From NCBI RefSeq assembly GCF_000315625.1, contig NW_005434662.1, positions 402,307-466,306 of the forward strand: DNA of 64,000 nt. Reading direction: 5' to 3'. Shown in pieces: positions 57,350 to 64,000 of the stretch (positions are counted from its first letter, which is position 1; the number at the start of each line of letters is the position of its first letter). Made by a program: the position numbers and the translations under genes. Source of the stretch: Guillardia theta CCMP2712 (Eukaryota; Protista; Cryptophyta). A model generated the notes under the pieces. That model saw nothing but the letters and a program-made list of their open reading frames with translations. It searched no databases and was not told the origin of the DNA.

Positions 57350-58640
57350 ACTATCACCACCTGTCATTTTGATCTCAATTCACACTTTTCACGGGACGAC
57401 CTCCCACCACGTGCTCCATAGCCATGACCCTCCATGTGAATCCACTCCCTTGCCTGATGAGCTTCAGGGCAGGTCAGCTTCACCATGAGCACAAGAAGGT
57501 AAGTCGTTGCAACCTTGATCCTCCGTGTATCCGCTGGATCTGTGACAGTGGGCAGGCCAAGAAGATCCTTGACAAAAAATGCCATTTCAGACGTATACCT
57601 CAAAGATCGCTGTGTTACCATCCTGTCCTTCATGACCAAAGGTGCAAGTAGGATACATCTCATCCTTGTACACTCTATGAGAAGATTCGTGATGGAAGCA
57701 ATGCATCATCGCATGCTGCTGCATCGTCGACGAGTCGTTGAACAAGATCTTCGGCACCTGAGGCTGGAATGCCCCCAGGCTTCTCCTGGGAGGTCCTCTA
57801 GGGCCCCACTCTGAGCCTGGGGCTGGCCTACTGGTCTCCCCTTGTCTTGGAAAGGCCTTCTTGATCTACAGAAACATGGCTTCAATCGATCAGACGCATC
57901 GGGCTCCATCAAGGGAGCGGGGGCGAGACATCAAGGGAGCGGGGGTGAGACTTCAAGGGAGCGGGGGATGGAGGAGGGACCAACCTCCACCTCCTTTCCC
58001 TCTACCACATGCGGCCTCCCGTCTTGTTGCTGACTGATCAACTCTTCCACCGTCTCCCACTTCTCGAAGGTGATGAACCCGAAGCCTCGACTTCGCCGCG
58101 TATGCTGGTCGGTGCAGACCTGCGCCTCTTTGATGTTGCCGAACCTGCTGAAGTATTCTCTGAACTCGAAATCCTTGACTGTCGGCGCCAACCCACCCAC
58201 AAAGACTTTGTGGACTCTGATGTCAGACGGCACCAGAGGATGCTGCACTCTCTTCTTGGCTATCATCTCGCCGTCTTCACATGCTGGCCCGACTCGAGGG
58301 ATAGCGAGTTTGGCGTCGAGCAACCTTCCTCGGATGTCATGCCGTATGGCAGACACCTGTTCTGCGACCTTGGGGTCGTGGAAACGCACAAACCCGAATC
58401 CTTTTCCTTTCCCGGTGGCTCTGTCTCGCATGACCACAACGTCATAAAGCTTCCCAAACGTCTCGAAGTATGCCCCCAAGTCATGTTCCGTCGTATCCCA
58501 AGACAGCCCGCCGATGAAAAGCTTTCTAGAAAACCTCGATGTGATTCAAACGCAATAGACACGCAGAACAGAAAGGAAAAGGTGGTGAGCCACCGACACA
58601 AGAATGGACACTTTAGCTGAGGGAAGTCTTTCATAACATT
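57350..58640 (-). CDS. Two-RRM RNA-binding protein (hnRNP A/Musashi/DAZAP1-like)
   Basis: KLFIGGLSWDTT..RDRATGKGKGFGFVRF and KVFVGGL..RSRGFGFITF RNP2/RNP1 motifs; ends approximate. Confidence 0.88.
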
Positions 58641-58689
58641 GTGACGAAAGTGAGAGGGAGAGACAGAGTCGGAGTCAGGAAAACAGATG

Positions 58690-58940
58690 AGAGAAGAAGC
58701 AGAAGCATAAGTAGAAGTAGAAGTAGAAGAAGAAGAAGAAATAGAAGAAGTAGTAGAAGAAGAAATAGAAGAAGAAGAAGAAATAGAAGAAGTAGTAGTA
58801 GAAGAAGAAAAAGTAGTAGTAGAAGATTTAGAAGAAGTAGAAGAAGAAGAAGAAGAAGAAGAAGTAGAAGTAGAAGAAGAAGAAGAAGAAGAAGTGAAAG
58901 AAGAAGTAGAAGAAGAAGAAGAGGAAGAGGAAGAAGAAGA
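58690..58940. repeat. (GAA/GTA)n purine-rich simple repeat
   Basis: ~250 bp of GAAGAA/GTAGAA upstream of the RRM gene. Confidence 0.9.
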
Positions 58941-59079
58941 ATGGTTCATCTCATGCTGTCATTCCTCATGTCTTACCCTTGGTGCTCGTTGTTCACCATG
59001 TGAAATTTTGTGGAGGCATATTCTGAGGCGGGTTCCGAGGCGTTCCGGCCAGTTTTCTTTCGGGTCCTGCCTGAGAGTC

Positions 59080-59670
59080 TGCCCGCCCGCGGCGCCGGCG
59101 CGGCCGGCCGGCCGCAGGTTGAAGGAGTTCCGTGCCCCCGGCCCGCCGGTCCGCCGCCGGCCGGCCGGGCCCGGCCGAGCCTCCGACGGACTGAGTCCGA
59201 CTCGGAGTCCTCGGACTGCCATCATGATGATCTGGCACCGTCTGGCGCCATGTGACGGTCCGATCCGGGCACCGTCACCCGTGACCGAAAGCCGTGAACG
59301 GTTCGGAACTGGCGCAGCCTTCAACCGGGCTTTGCCAGTCACGGTTCAAGCCCCGGGCCGGCCCGGACGGCCCCGGGGGGCCCCGGGCTCACCGTCACAC
59401 GGTCATGCCGGGGGCCCCCCGGCCCGGCCCTTATCATAGTAGTATCGCGCCGCCGCGGGGTTCACGGACTCGGATTGAACGGCCCGTTACTCACGCCACG
59501 GTACGGTACGGTACTACGTCAGTGACGCGGCTCCCCGGAGCCTGAGGGCAGCTCGCGGCCGCCGGGGCCCGCGACGGGACTGGGCCGGGAGCAACTTCAG
59601 TCGGGGGAGCCGGGCCCCCCGCCGGGCGCCGCCGCGTCGCCGCCGCCGCCAAGGCGAGTCGGGCCGGAGG
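59080..59670. other. CCGG-rich island between divergent genes
   Basis: CCGG runs, GAGTCCGACTCGGAGTC, ACGGTACGGTACGGTAC. Confidence 0.7.
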
Positions 59671-59989
59671 TTCAGTGTGTCCTTGATTTGAAATAAAAAG
59701 ACAAAGAGTATGCTACATTGAGTACCATGACAAATGTAACTGAAAAATCCAGTACTACCACTTGTACCGCTAGCTGTGGATACTGTCTCTCAAATCAATT
59801 TTACGGTCAAAACGGGTGAGGCGGGTTTGGATTTTGAATTCTTTCCGTACACGCCTGGATCAAACGTCCGCCTTCCCTTTCCCCCTCTACCTGCGTTCTC
59901 CTGCCCCGTCTCCCGAGCACTTCTCTTACTCACCCTCCTCCTGCCCTTGATCAGCTCAGCACTAACTCAGTTCTGCTCCTTCTCCCGAG

Positions 59990-61465
59990 ATGCCGCAGCT
60001 TGCTCGTTCCGTGGTGACGAACATCTTCACCCGAGCCGATGCGGCTCTGGCCGAGTCAAGAGATGGCTTCCCTTTCTCCCAGGCCAAGTATGCAGTTCGC
60101 TGCGTCAAGTATGCTGGCACGACGTCCATAGGCAAGAGAGCCTTCGCTCTCGGAGACTCTGCCGTCACCCTCACCGATCGCGTCATCGAAGCTGGGATGG
60201 AAACCCAGTACTATGCCTCGGCTGAAACTTTCGTCAAGGAGCGGGTGGCGCCGAAGCTGAGGGCTACCCGAGAGGCTACAGTCGCCACGATCAAAGCAGC
60301 CAGGGCCCTTCCTCACAACACGTCCAACTACGTTGTCTGCAAGTACGAGGACGTGAAGAGCGGTGTCATCATTCGCTACAACAAGACCAAGATGATCATT
60401 GTGTGCCGGGTGAACGGAGTTTGGATACGAGTGAAGCTCTTCTTCTCTTCTGGGTACGACCTTCTGAACAACTTCATCAACTCAATCTACTCGACTTTCA
60501 TGTCTGCCAAGTCCAAGGCTGTCAACCTCTTCGATTCTCTCAAGCAAATCGTCATCTCCACCAGGTTTCAGATCACCATGTTCGCTCAGAACAGCTGGAA
60601 GACCGTGACGATGCGGATTGATCGTTATTCCGCGTACCTTCCCTTCATCCAAAAGCAGAATCAGCCTGCTGCGATCGAAGAGCAAGAGCAAGAGCAAGAG
60701 CAAGAAAGCATGCCCAGTCCGGTTTCCTCCCAGATCACAATCCGCAGCAATGGCCCAGCCTCGTCGCAGAATCTCATTGTTGAGGACATTATGTCTCAGA
60801 GGTTCGGGAGATCCCAGGTTGTTTCTTCCTCTCTTCTCCTCCTCAACTTACTCCTTCACTTGCTAGCAGGCAGGAGCAACGAAGCTCGAGCAAGCCTCTG
60901 ACTTGCCAGCCACCAGCAGTCACGAGACAGCCTCCCGCTCGTCTCCTGCCAGCCTCACCCCCAGTGACATGATGATGGCGATCTCTCCGGCCCTCCGGCT
61001 CAACGTCTCATCTCTCTGCAACTCGAGCACCGAGGCTGAGGCCTATGAAAACCCTCCCCCCCTCGAGAGCGAGCCGCAAGAGCTCGACGAGGCCCCCGTG
61101 TTCAACGCCGAGAGGAGGGGCGGCCTGTGGGTTCCGAGCCCGATCATCTCTGAGCGCAAGTCCCACACGGATAGCGCGAAGAAGCTGAAGAGGGAGGAGG
61201 GAGACGAAGACGAGGCAGTGAGGAGCTGCTGGCATGCGAGAGGAGAGCTGACACTTGACCGCAGGGCGACCAGGCCGATGAGAACACTTTTACTCAACGA
61301 CCTATCAAGTTCAAAATCCAGGTGAATGCTCGCGGGGAGCCTGCGGTCCTGAAGGATCTAAACGACGCAGGCAAGCGGAAACTCAAAGACATCAAGAAAG
61401 AAGAAGGGCAAAACTTCCTCAAAGGCACAGGAGCCTATTCAGGTCTTCAACTTCTAGAGCCTTGA
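59990..61465 (+). CDS. Uncharacterised protein with amphipathic helical N-half and Ser/Pro/Glu-rich C-half
   Basis: Long first exon with strong C-ending codon bias (MPQLARSVVTNIFTRADAAL..), then spliced exons to ..GLQLLEP*. Confidence 0.6.
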
Positions 61466-61771
61466 AGACTACGGAAGGCCTGTCGTTGAAGCGAGTCGAC
61501 GTGTCAGTGCTGTACTGACAGTTGTCAGACCTTTTTTTGTGACGGCATGATGAGTAGCGGTCACGTTGGTCATCATGCTCGCGCTTCGCATCAGTAAAGA
61601 TTGACCAGCAATTGACCCTGTAGCCAAGAGGTCCTTCTCCTCCATCCTCTGCCTGTTCGTTTGTGACGTCGAGCATGAGCTACCATGCCCTCACTGTTTG
61701 TGACTGACAACGATGGACCGAATGACGAGACACACGTTGGTTCTCTTCTCTTCCACTCTCTTTTCTCCCTA

Positions 61772-64000
61772 TCATCTGCCAAACGAGTTGCTGATCACAT
61801 AGCCACGACGACCTCCACCCCGGAATGGACGTTGCTGTGTACCATCTGCCTGCGCCTGGTATCCCAGAACTTTACGCTTCAGCTCATCTCTGTCCTCAGC
61901 CATGGCGTTTCCTCTCTCCAGCGACGTTGATGCGATTGTGGTGTCCAAGGGAACTGCGAGCTCCTTGGTGGACGGCTTGTTGCCCTTCTTGGTCAGAAGT
62001 TTGAAGAGAACCTGAGACTCTCCGTCTTGCTTGACAATCTTAGGATGCTCGCTGCTGCTATCCGACGATGTGAGGTCGAAAGGAATGCCCAGGTCAAGTT
62101 GTCTCCTGCGAGCTCCCCCGCTCGCCGCTCGGTTCTCCTGCAACATCTTCTGGAACTCAGCATCGAAGGCCTCGTCCTCGAGCGAGCGTTGTGTGGCCTG
62201 AGGCCGCCAGTGAACGACAACTTCTTCATCATCAGCCTGCATGCAGATGTTAGATGGTGACAAGAGAACATCTGCCTGAACCTGTTCGTCCTTGTAGTCA
62301 AATGCATCGTCCTCCTCAGCATCGTCCTCCACTCGCTGCTCCCCATCATTGTCATCACTGTCCTCTCCTGCTCTGTCGTGCTCCTCCTCATCCTCAGATT
62401 CTCCTCCCTCGTTTTCTCCGGATTCAACGGGTTCATCTTTGGTCGTGGGCTTAACTTCCAGTGCCAGCAGACCTCTCAGGCGGCTCATTTTCATGTCGTT
62501 CTCCAGTCGCGCGATGTTCGCGTCGGCTGCTTCCACGTTGTCGAGACGCTTCAGGTCTGGTCGAAGGGACTCGAAGGTGTCGGATACCGTGAACTCCACG
62601 TCCATAGTCAGCGAAGTTTTCCCCAGCAAGTATCGTTGGAAGTGAGCAAGAAAGAGGTCAAGCCGCTTCTTGGGGATTCCTCGATCGAAATAATGGCCTG
62701 AAGTATCCAACAAGGAGCATACCAGCCTCACTCGGAAGAAGTCGGAGGGCGAGTCGGGCAAGTAGCCTGTTCTTTCTGACCCTGACGAGATGAAGGTGTA
62801 GAGCGCATCAAAGATGATCGAAGAGTCCACAACGAGGTCATTGTACAATTCTCCGAGGAGTTTGACAAGTCCTAGCAGTCGCTGCTGCTTGCTGAATTCA
62901 TTAGCTTGCAGCAGGTATCTCATTTCTGACAGAAGGTCATCGGCGACGTAGACCGCCAATGTGGAATGGTAAGAAGTCAGGCCCGAGATCAACGAGGCCA
63001 GCAGGTAGATCTGGTTGTATTTCATTTTTTGCACCTTGAGCAGGCATTTGATGAGGTATGACTCGTTCTGAAAGAAAAATGTCAGGATCAAATGGATTCC
63101 GAAAGCATCATTGACAATTTCACCTCCTTCCAATCGAGCTTTCTCAGTTGCTTCTTGACAAATTCCAGCGTGCTCTTAGAGAGTTTCGAGAAGAGAAGAT
63201 GTCTGATGTATTCCTGAACAGCAGGGCGTTGCTTTCTTTGGGCACGAGCAGATCTTTCAGGCGGTCGACACAAGTAATATGCGTTCTCAACCATCGTGTC
63301 CAGTCGGCTGTAGAGAAATGTCACAACTCTTCTATTTGGAATAGGCAAGTGGAAACCTGTCCAAGTTCTTTGCGTTCTTTAAGCGCATCATAGTATTGAG
63401 CATGTTCTTCGTTCGTTCGTGTGTTGTTTTGGTTCTGTATAAGAATCGTCCACAGACCTTTACGATAATTTGTTAGCTCGACAGCATTTTCATCCTTCAT
63501 TCACCTCCAGAAGGTTACAAGCCAATTCAATGTTCTGATATGCGAAGTCGTCGATAAAAGCTTGCAGGCAGCTAAAGATCGCAAGCGGCTTTGCCACCTT
63601 GAACTTCAATAGTTCTCCTTGAAAACGCACATTGCGAACCTGGAGAAACAATTCACCGAGGTAATTTCACCCAGTCGACATTGATACCTTTGATTCGATA
63701 TTGGATTCTGATTTATACTTCATGAACTCATTGAATTCTTGCTCGAGCATCTGAGAAAGCATTTGTCCAATATCTGATGAATTGTCAGATTATCTTACTC
63801 CAATCACTCTCTCGCACCTGGAAAAGCTGGTGCCAACACAGCAACAAACCGGGCGTAGTAAGGAATCAGCGATAACGCTGTCCTTGGGACGTTGTAGAGT
63901 GCCCGAGCCAGTTTTCTTCTATTCAATTTGTTGTTTTGCGAACAGAATGTCTGAGCAGCTTGATCGATGAGATCTCTACTTTGACAAGTTGCCAAGTGAG
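61772..64000 (-). CDS. UPF2: Regulator of nonsense transcripts 2 (3' part: MIF4G domains and C-terminal Upf2 region); gene continues beyond the window
   Basis: NNKLNRRKL..LIPYYARFVA, NVRFQGELLKFK, NIELACNLLE.CGRFLYR, MMRLKN, VENAYYLCRPP, LLGELYN, DSPSDFFRVRLVCSLLDTSGHYFDRG, acidic tract, FDAEFQKM, FKLLTKKGNK. Confidence 0.95.

Noticed and set aside
58263-59003. Poly-Ser and Arg/Ser-rich ORFs resembling SR proteins
   Set aside because: Translations of a (GAA/GTA)n simple repeat.

Overview
Gene-dense eukaryotic nuclear DNA with many short (~45-60 nt) GT-AG introns and CT/GA-rich longer introns. The style suggests a cryptophyte alga such as Guillardia theta (inference, not proven). Recognisable genes: a Cys/His 18-aa repeat protein, a Nudix hydrolase, a CYP120-like cytochrome P450 divergent from a TMEM144-like transporter, a secreted thioredoxin-like/C2/bacterial-type cadherin-like protein, a Frizzled-like Cys-rich protein, SDHAF1-like LYR protein, thymidine/pyrimidine-nucleoside phosphorylase, a GT2 glycosyltransferase apparently spliced to an EF-hand region, an ARM-repeat protein, a Canopy+GCC2_GCC3+DUF4215 fusion, a two-RRM protein and the 3' part of UPF2. 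The most striking candidate is an uninterrupted 1137-aa ORF (51075-54488, minus) joining EF-hands, a gelsolin repeat, a renalase-like FAD oxidoreductase and Cys/His zinc fingers, i.e. a possible Ca2+-controlled, actin-associated flavoenzyme analogous to MICAL. Non-coding structure is also patterned: recurrent CCGG-rich islands, strand-switching GGGGTA/TACCCC islands, and a recurring AACTTAACTTTGAGTAAAG motif at divergent gene starts. The first ~6 kb holds a spliced pseudogene with many in-frame stops and no visible frameshifts. Exon boundaries and some gene ends were read by eye and are approximate. No rRNA, tRNA, CRISPR or transposase was recognised.
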